Source of the DNA: a bacterium
Lineage (GTDB): Bacteria; Patescibacteriota; Minisyncoccia; Minisyncoccales; UBA10102
Reading direction: 5' to 3'
Assembly: GCA_030647485.1 (NCBI GenBank)
Contig: JAUSJT010000004.1
Location: 1 to 43,087, forward strand
Length of the DNA: 43,087 nucleotides
A program made the translations under genes and the position numbers. How positions within the stretch are numbered: position 1 is the first letter of the stretch; each line of letters begins with the position of its first letter. The notes under the pieces were generated by a model. That model was not told where the DNA came from, did no database searches, and worked only from the letters and a program-made list of their open reading frames with translations. Of this stretch, positions 29,270 through 38,283 are shown piece by piece.

Positions 29270-29719
29270 TTAAAATGGTATATCTTTTACGTCTATTTCT
29301 TGGTTTTCTTCAATGATAGGAATTTCTTCTTGAATGGGCGCTTCTTCCTTTTCTTTTTTCTGATTTGATTCAGAGCTCATAGTTCCTCCACCTGACTTTG
29401 GGCCTAATTGCAGGCGGTCTGCAATGATTTCTGTTCGGTACTTTTTTGAGCCATCGGCTCCTTGCCAAGAGCGTGTCTCCAAGTGTCCTTCCACAAATAC
29501 GAGGCCTCCTTTTGCAAGATACTGGGATGCGATTTCCGCCAATCTGCGCCATGCTATCACGGTATGGTATTCTACTCGTTCTTGTTTTGTCCCCTGGCGA
29601 TCGGTCCATGCCCTATTGGTTGCCATGCGGAACGAGCATACTTGTTGTCCTCCTGGAGTAGTGCGGCTCTCTGGGTTATCGGTTAGTCTCCCCACTAAGA
29701 TGACAATGTTTACATTCAT
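29270..29719 (-). CDS. ssb: Single-stranded DNA-binding protein
   Basis: VILVGRLT, VFVEGHLETRSW, C-terminal DIPF. Confidence 0.97.
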   Translation of the reverse strand: MNVNIVILVGRLTDNPESRTTPGGQQVCSFRMATNRAWTDRQGTKQERVEYHTVIAWRRLAEIASQYLAKGGLVFVEGHLETRSWQGADGSKKYRTEIIADRLQLGPKSGGGTMSSESNQKKEKEEAPIQEEIPIIEENQEIDVKDIPF

Positions 29720-30177
29720 GGCTGTTTGAAGATTTCCTCTAGCTTTTTATCTATTTCTCCAAGATCTATACTTCTTGTTTCTGTTTCTTTCTGTTCTTGC
29801 GGAATTCTTAAAGCAGACATTCGCCCCGAGGACTCAGTCCCGAGGAATCCTAGGGATGGAACGAGATGCGGGGTCTTATTTTTTGTTTTTCTAGAGATTG
29901 AGATAAGGCAGAGAAAACGGAGAATCTTTGTATTCTCTTTGAGGTGTTTTTCCAGGTCTTGCATATGTGAAGCATCTATGGTGAATTTTAACATTGCAAC
30001 GGTACCCTCTTTATGGTTCTTGATAGGAGCTAAAAGCGCTTTCTTTCCTTTTATATCCTGGCTTAACAGAATCCCGCCTTTCCCCTGGATGAGGGAAACA
30101 ACGCTTTCCACAGCCTGGGTAAGTTGTTCTGTTCCAAGGTCTGCGGCAAAGATAAGAGTAAGCTCGTAATTTCTCAT
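29716..30177 (-). CDS. rpsF: 30S ribosomal protein S6 with C-terminal extension
   Basis: MRNYELTLIF...GKKALLAPIK...ILRFL; rpsF-ssb-rpsR synteny. Confidence 0.9.
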   Translation of the reverse strand: MRNYELTLIFAADLGTEQLTQAVESVVSLIQGKGGILLSQDIKGKKALLAPIKNHKEGTVAMLKFTIDASHMQDLEKHLKENTKILRFLCLISISRKTKNKTPHLVPSLGFLGTESSGRMSALRIPQEQKETETRSIDLGEIDKKLEEIFKQP

Positions 30178-30233
30178 ATCTTTATATATACCATTTCTTT
30201 TCTTAGGGGTCAACTCGTGGTAAAATAGGGTCT

Positions 30234-31649
30234 ATGAAGGTGAATCCCGGCATATTCCGTACATATGACATCAGGGGAAAGTACGGAGAGGAGATCTCGC
30301 AAGAGTTTGCGACGCAGCTTGCGCACGCCTTTTTAGTTCTCTATCCGCATATGAAAAAAATAGCAGTTGCGCACGATCCCGCGCCCAACTCTCCTTTACT
30401 TGCGGCAACTTTAAAAGAAGTTTTCCTACAGCAAGGTAAAGAAGTCATTGATCTTGGCTTGAGTCCTGATCCTCTATACTATTTCTCTTTATTTTTTTAC
30501 GGGTACGACGGAGGGGTAATGGTTTCCAGTTCTCACGTGATAGAGTTTAGCGGCTTTACCTTAACCGTGAGAAAGCCAGGATCTCCATACGTAGAAGATG
30601 TTGTTGAGGAAGAGTTAGAGAAAATTAAGGAATTGGTTGGAGCTGACGCAAAAACAAACATAGGAGAATCTCGCGGGAGCGTTACCGCCCTTGATCCCAG
30701 TAAAGACTACCAAGAATACGTGTCTTCGCGCATTCGTTTTGCGGCTCCCTTGAAGATTATTGTTGACTGTGGGAACGGAGCCATGGGATTTCTTCCAGAA
30801 CGTGTATTCAAGGCCTTAGGATGCGAAGTTATCACGCTCTATGGAGAATTTGATGGAACATATCCTAATCATATTCCCGATCCATACGTTGAGGCAAATC
30901 TCCAAGACCTCAAAAGGGCAGTGTTGAGAGAGCGTGCGGATGTTGGATTCGCATACGACGCAGACGGAGACCGCGTTGCCCTTATTGATAACCGAGGTAG
31001 GGTTGTGTCTGGAGATTTTTGCCTTCTCATGCTTGCTTTGCAAGCTATAGAAAAGAAGAAAGGCCCTGTAGTGCATGATATGAGGGTGTCGCAGGCGTTT
31101 CTTGATGAGGTGCGAAAACAGGGCGTGGAAACGTATTTTGCGGTTTCCCACCATAACGCCATTATACGCAAGCTAAGAGAGGTGAATGGGGTGTTCGGGG
31201 GGGAAGTAACCCTCCACTTCCTGTTTCCTTCAGATTACTACTTGTGCGATGACGCGCTGTTCGCTTCCTTAAAGCTGGCTGAAATTATGTCAGATAAAAA
31301 AGACTTCGCGGCGTTTGTTGATACCCTACCTCGATATGTTGCAAGCCCGGAGCTTTTCATTGCGACTCCCGATGACAAAAAGTTTTTGATTATTAATAAA
31401 CTCACCTTATACCTAAAAGAACATGGGTATGATGTTGTTGATGTGGACGGAGCGAGGATTCAATTCAAGAACGGATGGGCTTTGGCGCGCGCTGCAAACA
31501 CCTCGCCCTTCATCAAATGCCGCTTTGAAGGAAAAACAAAAGAAGACCTTTTTGTAATAGAGAAAGAATCCTTGGAGCTGTTCAAAAAACTCGGAATCCC
31601 CGTAGAGAAGAAACACTACGAAGAACTGGGATTAGAGTCAACTACTTGA
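30234..31649 (+). CDS. Phosphomannomutase/phosphoglucomutase family protein
   Basis: IFRTYDIRG, DCGNG, DADGDR, DGARI, RAANTSP. Confidence 0.88.
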   Translation: MKVNPGIFRTYDIRGKYGEEISQEFATQLAHAFLVLYPHMKKIAVAHDPAPNSPLLAATLKEVFLQQGKEVIDLGLSPDPLYYFSLFFYGYDGGVMVSSSHVIEFSGFTLTVRKPGSPYVEDVVEEELEKIKELVGADAKTNIGESRGSVTALDPSKDYQEYVSSRIRFAAPLKIIVDCGNGAMGFLPERVFKALGCEVITLYGEFDGTYPNHIPDPYVEANLQDLKRAVLRERADVGFAYDADGDRVALIDNRGRVVSGDFCLLMLALQAIEKKKGPVVHDMRVSQAFLDEVRKQGVETYFAVSHHNAIIRKLREVNGVFGGEVTLHFLFPSDYYLCDDALFASLKLAEIMSDKKDFAAFVDTLPRYVASPELFIATPDDKKFLIINKLTLYLKEHGYDVVDVDGARIQFKNGWALARAANTSPFIKCRFEGKTKEDLFVIEKESLELFKKLGIPVEKKHYEELGLESTT

Positions 31650-31727
31650 CTCCAGCGGGTATTCTAGCAATTCGTCCTCGAATTGCGTTGCAGAATGCCC
31701 AGGGGTTTACCGAAGGTGAGCTACATA

Positions 31728-31755
31728 TTGACATAGGAGGTTAAAAGTTTACAAT
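31728..31755 (+). promoter_or_regulatory. hicBA promoter
   Basis: TTGACA-16 nt-TACAAT, ATG 8 nt downstream. Confidence 0.6.
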
Positions 31756-31763
31756 ACAAGTAT

Positions 31764-32024
31764 ATGAAAAGACAATCAAAAAAATCTGTGGAAGTACAGA
31801 CAAAATATGGGAAGCACGTGTGTCTTTTTGAGCCAGATGATCAAGAAGGATATATCGTAACTGTTCCGGGATTGCCTGGTACAGTAACATGGGGTAAAAC
31901 TACCGCACAGGCAAAAAAAATGGCTCAAGAAGCAATTGAGCTCTGCGTTGAGTGTCTTGCCCGAGAAACACTCATGCTAAAGAAGAAGACAACGAAAGGA
32001 TTGATGAGGTTGTCTGTTGCATGA
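31764..32024 (+). CDS. hicB: HicB family antitoxin
   Basis: GYIVTVPGLPGTVTWGKT...AQEAI. Confidence 0.88.
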   Translation: MKRQSKKSVEVQTKYGKHVCLFEPDDQEGYIVTVPGLPGTVTWGKTTAQAKKMAQEAIELCVECLARETLMLKKKTTKGLMRLSVA

Positions 32025-32251
32025 GTATTATCCCAATCATTACTCCAAGGCAAATTCTTTTACTCCTGCTCAAAGCAGGGCTTAAAATTATTGGCCAGAA
32101 AGGAAGTCATATTCGTTTGAAGCATCCTGTCACGGGTAAACAGACTACCGTTGCCATGCATGCGAAAGATTTATCTAGGAGTTTGATTACTACAATTTTG
32201 AAACAAGCTGGGATTTCTATTCAAGAGTTCCTCCGCTTATTAGGAAAGTAG
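32021..32251 (+). CDS. hicA: HicA family mRNase toxin
   Basis: QKGSHIRLKH...VAMH...ILKQAGI; ATGA overlap with hicB. Confidence 0.88.
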   Translation: MSIIPIITPRQILLLLLKAGLKIIGQKGSHIRLKHPVTGKQTTVAMHAKDLSRSLITTILKQAGISIQEFLRLLGK

Positions 32252-32255
32252 AAGA

Positions 32256-33248
32256 TTAAAAAGACAGGAGACCGATTTTTTCTCGCACTTCCTCCATGGT
32301 ATTTTGAGCAGTAGACTGTGCTTTCTTTTGCCCTTGCCGCAGGATTTCTTGGATATATAATTCTCTTCTTTTTAATTCCTCGTATTTTTTCCGAAAAGGC
32401 TCAAGTTTCTCAACGAGAAGTTCTCCCAGCGCTTTTTTAAAAGGAGCATATCCTTTCTTTTGGAATTTCTTTTCTACTTCTTTGATTGACTGTTCACTGA
32501 AAAGGGAAAAAATGACCAGGAGGTTTGAAATCCCTGGTTTCTCTGCAGGATTAAAAACGATCTGTTTCCCTGAGTCTGTTACTGCGTTTGCAATCTTTCT
32601 GCGAATGGAATCTGGATCTTCCAGCATTCCTAGTTGGCTATCCGGGGGATCGGATTTAGACATCTTTCTTTTAGGATCTTGCAAGGAAAGGATCTTTGCC
32701 CCCATCTCTAGGGAAGGGACCATGGCCTTGGGTACAGGAAAGGTATCGCCGAATTTCTGGTTAAATCTCTTTGCAAGATTTCTGGAAAGTTCAAGGTGCT
32801 GAACCTGATCCTTTCCAATCGGAACCCCCTCTGTCTTATACAGTAGAATATCCGCAGCCTGGAGAACGGGGTAGTTTAACAGCCCCATATTCGCACTTTC
32901 TTTTCCTTTCTTTTTTGATTTCTCTTTGTATTGGGTCATCCGTTCCAATTCTCCCACAGGGACTATGGTACTTAATATCCAGGCAAGCTCTGTGGGTTCT
33001 TTGATCTGGGATTGGACAAAGATGGTGGACCTTGCAGGATCCAAACCCAAGGCAACGAGTTCTATTGCCTTCTCTATGGTTGAGTTTCTAAGGATTTTAG
33101 GATCTTGGGGTTGGGTTAACGCATGCAGGTCTGCAATGAAAAAGAAGCATTCGTTGTCCTCTTGGAGCTTGACCCAATGCCTGATTGCTCCCAGATAGTT
33201 GCCAATATGGTAGGCTCCTGTAGGTTGTATGCCGCTCAAAATCCTCAT
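32256..33248 (-). CDS. trpS: Tryptophanyl-tRNA synthetase
   Basis: SGIQPTG, HIGNYLG, YPVLQAADIL, KMSKS. Confidence 0.97.
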   Translation of the reverse strand: MRILSGIQPTGAYHIGNYLGAIRHWVKLQEDNECFFFIADLHALTQPQDPKILRNSTIEKAIELVALGLDPARSTIFVQSQIKEPTELAWILSTIVPVGELERMTQYKEKSKKKGKESANMGLLNYPVLQAADILLYKTEGVPIGKDQVQHLELSRNLAKRFNQKFGDTFPVPKAMVPSLEMGAKILSLQDPKRKMSKSDPPDSQLGMLEDPDSIRRKIANAVTDSGKQIVFNPAEKPGISNLLVIFSLFSEQSIKEVEKKFQKKGYAPFKKALGELLVEKLEPFRKKYEELKRRELYIQEILRQGQKKAQSTAQNTMEEVREKIGLLSF

Positions 33249-33255
33249 ACGTGTA

Positions 33256-35001
33256 TTATACTTCAATGATGACGGGCAGCACCATAGGCCGCCGTTCGGT
33301 CTTAAGGAACAAGAAATCCGTTATCTTGTTCCTTACGTTGTCTCTCACATACACCCAGTTCACGGCTCCTCCTGTTCCCACGGATTTGTTTACAATATCA
33401 ATGACGTGCCTGCGAACCTGGTGCAAGAGATCCTTTGATTCTCGGAGATAGACAAAGCCCCGAGAGATGATGTCTGGAGATCCTTTCACTTCTCCTTTCT
33501 GGCGGTCCACCACGACAATAATTACAAACATGCCATCTTTAGCCAGGCTTTGGCGATCTCTCAATACTACTTCTCCAACGTCTCCTACTCCTAGTCCGTC
33601 CACCATGACGTAGTTTGCGGGCACCAACCTCTTCTCAATGACAATTTGATTTTTAGTAAGGCTAACTACGTTGCCGTTCTCTGGAACGATGACATTTTTT
33701 TCTGGCATCCCCGTGTTGCGCGCGAGCAAGGCATGGTTTACCAGCATGGAGAACTGGCCGTGAATAGGAATGAAGAACTTGGGCTTTAAGTACCCTATAA
33801 TCTCTTTCAGCTCTTCCTGATTTGCGTGCCCTGATGCGTGGATATCCATCATCTTGTAATGGAACACGTTTGCTCCCTGGCGGTAGAGGTTGTCTTTCAC
33901 GTATTGCACGGTCCGTTCGTTGCCTGGGATCACAGAAGAAGAGAAGATGGCCGTGTCTCCCTTTCGGATCTTTAGAAGCTTGTGCTCTCCGGTGATAATG
34001 CGCATTAAGACGGCCCGTTCTTCTCCCTGGGCTCCGGTGCACGCAATAGTTATCTTGGGGTCTGGGCTGTTCAGGATTTCTTTCGTGGTCACAATGGTGC
34101 CTTTCTTTGCCTTGATGTATCCTATCTGTCTTGCGATTTCCACATTTGTCTTCATGGAGAATCCTTCTAAGGCAACCCTCCTTCCGTATTTTTCAGAGAG
34201 AGTGATGATTTGCTGCACTCGATTAAGCAGAGATGCAAAGGTTGCGGTAATAATTCTTCCCTCCGCTTTTTTGAAGACCTCGTCCAAGTTCGCCATGATA
34301 TGCTTTTCTGACAGAGAATGGTTTGGCTCTTCCGAGTTCGTGGAGTCGGACATAAGCAAGAGAACGCCCTCCTGTCCCATGTGCTTGAGCCTATCATAGT
34401 CAGTGGAGGGTTCATTCACTGGAGCGTCGTCAAACTTAAAGTCTGATGTATGGACAATGGTGCCCACGGGGGTGGATATGGTAAAGCCGAAGTTGTCTGG
34501 AATATTGTGGTTCTGGCGGAAGGGTTCAATGTCAAAGGGGCCCAAGCGAAAGCGCTTTTTGTCTTGAATGAGAGCAATGTTGAGTTTCCCCTTGTTTGGG
34601 AAATCTTCCTGGCGCCGCAGGATGATTGCTTTTGCTATCTCTCCCGCAAAAAGCGGGGGATTCCCTAGTTGAGGGATAAGATAGGGTATGGCTCCGATGT
34701 GGTCATAATGTCCATGGGTGATGAGAACTCCTACAATATCTTTCTCCCTTCCTTTGAGGGAAGTAACATTGGGTATGATGTAGTCAATACCTGGCATGTC
34801 TTCTTCCGGCATGCGGAACCCCATGTCTATGATGAGGATTTTCCCTTCGTATTCCAACACCATCATGTTTCTGCCGACCTCTCCTAGTCCCCCCAAGGGG
34901 GTAATGTGCACAGCTCCTTCTTGAGTTGGCCTGTTGTGAAGTAATGGTTCAGCTTTCTGAACGCGCATTCCCTCGTTTCTTCTTACTGCTGTTCGCTCCA
35001 T
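33256..35001 (-). CDS. rnj: Ribonuclease J
   Basis: PLGGLGEVGRNM, THGHYDHIG, IHASGH, RRPMVLPVIIEV. Confidence 0.96.
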   Translation of the reverse strand: MERTAVRRNEGMRVQKAEPLLHNRPTQEGAVHITPLGGLGEVGRNMMVLEYEGKILIIDMGFRMPEEDMPGIDYIIPNVTSLKGREKDIVGVLITHGHYDHIGAIPYLIPQLGNPPLFAGEIAKAIILRRQEDFPNKGKLNIALIQDKKRFRLGPFDIEPFRQNHNIPDNFGFTISTPVGTIVHTSDFKFDDAPVNEPSTDYDRLKHMGQEGVLLLMSDSTNSEEPNHSLSEKHIMANLDEVFKKAEGRIITATFASLLNRVQQIITLSEKYGRRVALEGFSMKTNVEIARQIGYIKAKKGTIVTTKEILNSPDPKITIACTGAQGEERAVLMRIITGEHKLLKIRKGDTAIFSSSVIPGNERTVQYVKDNLYRQGANVFHYKMMDIHASGHANQEELKEIIGYLKPKFFIPIHGQFSMLVNHALLARNTGMPEKNVIVPENGNVVSLTKNQIVIEKRLVPANYVMVDGLGVGDVGEVVLRDRQSLAKDGMFVIIVVVDRQKGEVKGSPDIISRGFVYLRESKDLLHQVRRHVIDIVNKSVGTGGAVNWVYVRDNVRNKITDFLFLKTERRPMVLPVIIEV

Positions 35002-35053
35002 ATATAGGTTGAGTAATTAGATAATTATATAGATGTAATGAGAATTACATTAG

Positions 35054-35135
35054 TGCCCTCGGTGGGACTCGAACCCACAAGCCTTGCGGCATAGCGTTCT
35101 GAACGCTACACGTATTCCGATTCCGTCACGAGGGC
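35054..35135 (-). tRNA. tRNA-Leu (anticodon CAG), CCA not encoded
   Basis: GCCCTCG/CGAGGGC acceptor stem; TAGCG-TTCAGAA-CGCTA anticodon arm; long variable arm; GGTTCGAGTCC T arm. Confidence 0.95.
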
Positions 35136-35144
35136 TTAATTCTG

Positions 35145-35552
35145 TTAGGAGATAATCTCAAAAGTATCGTGATCCTTTTCAAATTTTATTCGATAAGAAT
35201 CAAAGAATCCTTCTTCCCCAAGCAGGAGTCCTACGGTGGGGCTTTGTATAAAACACACAGGAATTTTAATAGGTCGATCTATACCGTCTACTTTTATTTC
35301 TACCTCTGGCAAATAATAACTAGCAATGGTACCGCTAATACCTGTAAACTTCCTCTCTTTTGCTTTCGAGAGATCAATTTCTAACAATTCAGCGATTTCC
35401 AAGTTGAAGAGGGAACAGTCTGCACCCGAATCAACGAGTGCATCAAAAGCTCTTTTTGTCTTGGGTCCAAATACCTCTATTCTTATGAGAGGTCTTTTAA
35501 CCCATTTAAGTGTTTTTTCGGGAGGGAAGAAAGAGGTATAGCGATATTTCAT
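35145..35552 (-). CDS. Retropepsin-like aspartyl protease
   Basis: ALVDSGAD motif and LLGEEGFF. Start ATG 35552 overlaps the upstream stop. Confidence 0.8.
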   Translation of the reverse strand: MKYRYTSFFPPEKTLKWVKRPLIRIEVFGPKTKRAFDALVDSGADCSLFNLEIAELLEIDLSKAKERKFTGISGTIASYYLPEVEIKVDGIDRPIKIPVCFIQSPTVGLLLGEEGFFDSYRIKFEKDHDTFEIIS

Positions 35553-35755
35553 ATTGTGCCGAGTGGCATATAGAAAGCATCTCCAGAGAACACCTTTAAA
35601 AAGATACCATCTTTTGGTCCCATTTTTTGTGCTACCTCTTTTAAAGTATTTCCATCTCCAAGTACTTTCTTTTGATCGCGAGACAATGCAACCCACTTAT
35701 TCGCATATGACTTAAGCAGTTTTCTAAAGTCGTAATTTACGTTTTGTGTTTTCAT
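35549..35755 (-). CDS. DUF5678-like small protein
   Basis: YANKWVALSRDQKKVLGDG.TLKEV. Confidence 0.65.
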   Translation of the reverse strand: MKTQNVNYDFRKLLKSYANKWVALSRDQKKVLGDGNTLKEVAQKMGPKDGIFLKVFSGDAFYMPLGTI

Positions 35756-35793
35756 GAGTATATTATATCAGATAAGAAGGAATCTTGCAACCT

Positions 35794-37707
35794 TTATTTC
35801 AACACCCTTTTTGTCTCTATATACCAGCTTTTCATTCCTGCAAAGCGCTGAGACGGATCTCCTACGATATGCTCTTTAATGCCCTTTACTTCCTGCGCCG
35901 CTTCATACGTATACGGCATATCATACAAGAATAAAGCAGGAACGTCTTTGAGGAGCAATGCCTGAAGGCTTTCATACATTGTAGCGCGCGCTTGTTCGTC
36001 AAGTTCTTTCCTTATTGATCCTAAAAGCTTGTCTGCCTCTTTTGATTCATAGGAAGAAAGGTTTAGGCCAGGGTCCTTTTTTTGGGAAGAATGCCAGAAC
36101 GGGAAAGGATCGGGTATTTTCCCCACTATTTCTCCAAAGAGAAGCGTTTGATAATTCCTTGGCTTTATAACATCCCGTTCCAGTTCTACCTGGGGATATG
36201 TTTGAATAATAGTTTCAATGCCTAGCTCGTTCCATTGCGCCTGCAAGAATTTTGCAACATCGGTAAGAGGGGATTGGTCAAGCGTTGTTATAGTAATGGT
36301 TAAAGGTAAATCCTCTTTAAGTTTAACTCCGCAAAGCTCGTTGAGTTTTGCCCTTGTTCCTGCTTTGACCGCTCCTGTTCCCTTGGTTAGCCCTGAAGAG
36401 GTCAGGATTTCCGCCCTGTACTTTTCCTGGAATTTTATCACTGCTTTCTCGGTAAGAGCTCCAAATATTCCTGTGATGCTTTCTTCGGGGTACACCCCAG
36501 GATCCCTTGCCAGGCATTCTTGGAGCTTGCGTACTTCAGCCCCCTGGCTGCCCTTCACGAGATCAACGCGGAATTCTCCTATGGGATTCTGTTGCTGTAC
36601 GAGTTTGCCGTCCTTTTGCGCGTATCCTTCTCTGGCGAACAGAGAAAGAGCCTTTTCAATGTCTTTTCTTTGTGGTTGTTCAGGGGTCTTAAATCCAAAG
36701 AGGTCTGCTCGTACCGGAGAGTCTACCACGGTTCCGTCCCCTTTTAACACTTGCTCATTAAGAAGGTTTTTATCAATGGCGTAGTTTAACGCTTCTCGTA
36801 TATTCTTTTCTTTCACAACTGCCTGCTCTTTGGAAGCATCAAGATTAAAGAAAAGGGCAAAATACCTGGCAAGCGGGAATTGGTAGGTTATAGTGCGCTT
36901 GGAGAATTGTGTAGTGATAGAGCTTTCTTCCTTGTCAGAGAATGCGAAGAGGATTGAACCAATGAAGGGATCTTTTCCGTGGTATGCGCGGTATCGCTCC
37001 AGCCGTATCGTATTTACCCGTCCTGATTTGTCCTGTGAGATTTTCTCTAGCTTGTATGGTCCTGTCCCGATGGGCTGGAGGTTGTAGAAAGAAAGGGCAA
37101 AGTTTTCAGGATTAATGTTTTCCCAAATATGCGCGGGGATGATCTTTAATGTCAGCCGATCGGGAAACGCGGCGTAGGGCTGCGAAAGCGAGAACCGTAC
37201 TGTTTGAGCATTTACCTTCTCCACCTCAACTCCTACCCAGTTTGCTCGTATAGGGCTCTTATATTTTGGATCTTGTATGGTCTTTATTGTGAATACCACG
37301 TCATCTGCGCTGAACGGGTATCCGTCATGCCATTTCACATTTTCTTTCAGGTTGAATGCGAATACCTTCCCGCCTTCCTGAATCTCATAATCCTGCGCAA
37401 GGTCAGGTACTAGCACTCCTTCCTCATTATACTCCAACAGCCCCGAGAATAGGAACTGCACCAAATCTCGGTCCGCATCGTTCACGTCAGAGTACACAGG
37501 ATTCAAGAATCTGGGAGATCCTACGATATGTTCTTGGAGGAGTCCTCCATAAGCCGCAACTTCTTTGGTGAGCCTCAAATAGGATCCTTGTATAAGATTT
37601 CCAGAGCTTATGAGAAACACTGCGATGGCGAACAACGCCACCAGTTTCTCTCTACGAGAAAGAACCTCGGGAAGTTTTTTCCATTGAGAAAATGAAGGAA
37701 GTCGCAT
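35794..37707 (-). CDS. Family-5 ABC substrate-binding protein with inserted peptidoglycan-binding domain
   Basis: PDLAQDY, KWHDGYPFSADDVVFT, PIGTGPY; internal GSQGAEVRKLQECL...TGIFGALTEKAVIKFQ. Confidence 0.88.
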   Translation of the reverse strand: MRLPSFSQWKKLPEVLSRREKLVALFAIAVFLISSGNLIQGSYLRLTKEVAAYGGLLQEHIVGSPRFLNPVYSDVNDADRDLVQFLFSGLLEYNEEGVLVPDLAQDYEIQEGGKVFAFNLKENVKWHDGYPFSADDVVFTIKTIQDPKYKSPIRANWVGVEVEKVNAQTVRFSLSQPYAAFPDRLTLKIIPAHIWENINPENFALSFYNLQPIGTGPYKLEKISQDKSGRVNTIRLERYRAYHGKDPFIGSILFAFSDKEESSITTQFSKRTITYQFPLARYFALFFNLDASKEQAVVKEKNIREALNYAIDKNLLNEQVLKGDGTVVDSPVRADLFGFKTPEQPQRKDIEKALSLFAREGYAQKDGKLVQQQNPIGEFRVDLVKGSQGAEVRKLQECLARDPGVYPEESITGIFGALTEKAVIKFQEKYRAEILTSSGLTKGTGAVKAGTRAKLNELCGVKLKEDLPLTITITTLDQSPLTDVAKFLQAQWNELGIETIIQTYPQVELERDVIKPRNYQTLLFGEIVGKIPDPFPFWHSSQKKDPGLNLSSYESKEADKLLGSIRKELDEQARATMYESLQALLLKDVPALFLYDMPYTYEAAQEVKGIKEHIVGDPSQRFAGMKSWYIETKRVLK

Positions 37708-37714
37708 GAATGGT

Positions 37715-37933
37715 TCAGAACAAAAGGTTAGAGAGGGAAAGCGCGATGAAGAGAATGCCAAGGATAACGGTAGCTGCGTACAGCTTTTGCTGGATTCCTC
37801 TTCTTGTAGCAAAGAACGTCCCTTCGCCTCCCCCGAAAGAAGATCCTAAGGCCGTGCCTCTTTGTTGTAAGAGAATTGATGCTACGAGAAGGACTGCAAC
37901 AATAATTTGAGCGTATAGTGAATAAGAGTTCAT
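37715..37933 (-). CDS. secG: Preprotein translocase SecG
   Basis: ILLQQRGTALGSSFGG...TRRG; 2 TM segments. Confidence 0.92.
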   Translation of the reverse strand: MNSYSLYAQIIVAVLLVASILLQQRGTALGSSFGGGEGTFFATRRGIQQKLYAATVILGILFIALSLSNLLF

Positions 37934-38271
37934 AATTTTCCCCGCCCCAGAAGAGACAGGATAATGCTAGCTCCCCCTATTGCGAGGACTGTCCATGCCA
38001 AAGGAACGAGGCCTACGATATGCAGTTCGGGGAATACGATGTCTAATCCCCAGACTACTCCAAGCAATATAGCTCCCAGTACGATGATTTTTAGAAGAAA
38101 AGACAAAAGGCCAAGCACAGGTTTGACAACGATAAGGATGATTCCGAGAGCGCCTGCCATCATGAAAAAGGTCTGCCAGGATCCCTCAAAAGACACTCCT
38201 GGGATGAATTTCGTTGCTGCCCAGAGTCCTCCTATCCCTGCAACGAGGGAGAGAATTATAGTTTGAACCAT
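37930..38271 (-). CDS. 4-TM membrane protein (phage-holin superfamily IV/YvlD-like)
   Basis: IPGVSF...VKPVLGLLS; four hydrophobic segments. Confidence 0.6.
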   Translation of the reverse strand: MVQTIILSLVAGIGGLWAATKFIPGVSFEGSWQTFFMMAGALGIILIVVKPVLGLLSFLLKIIVLGAILLGVVWGLDIVFPELHIVGLVPLAWTVLAIGGASIILSLLGRGKL

Positions 38272-38283
38272 TGAGCTATGATA

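Noticed and set aside
37930-38271. Prophage suggested by holin-like gene
   Set aside because: Housekeeping context and no other phage genes.
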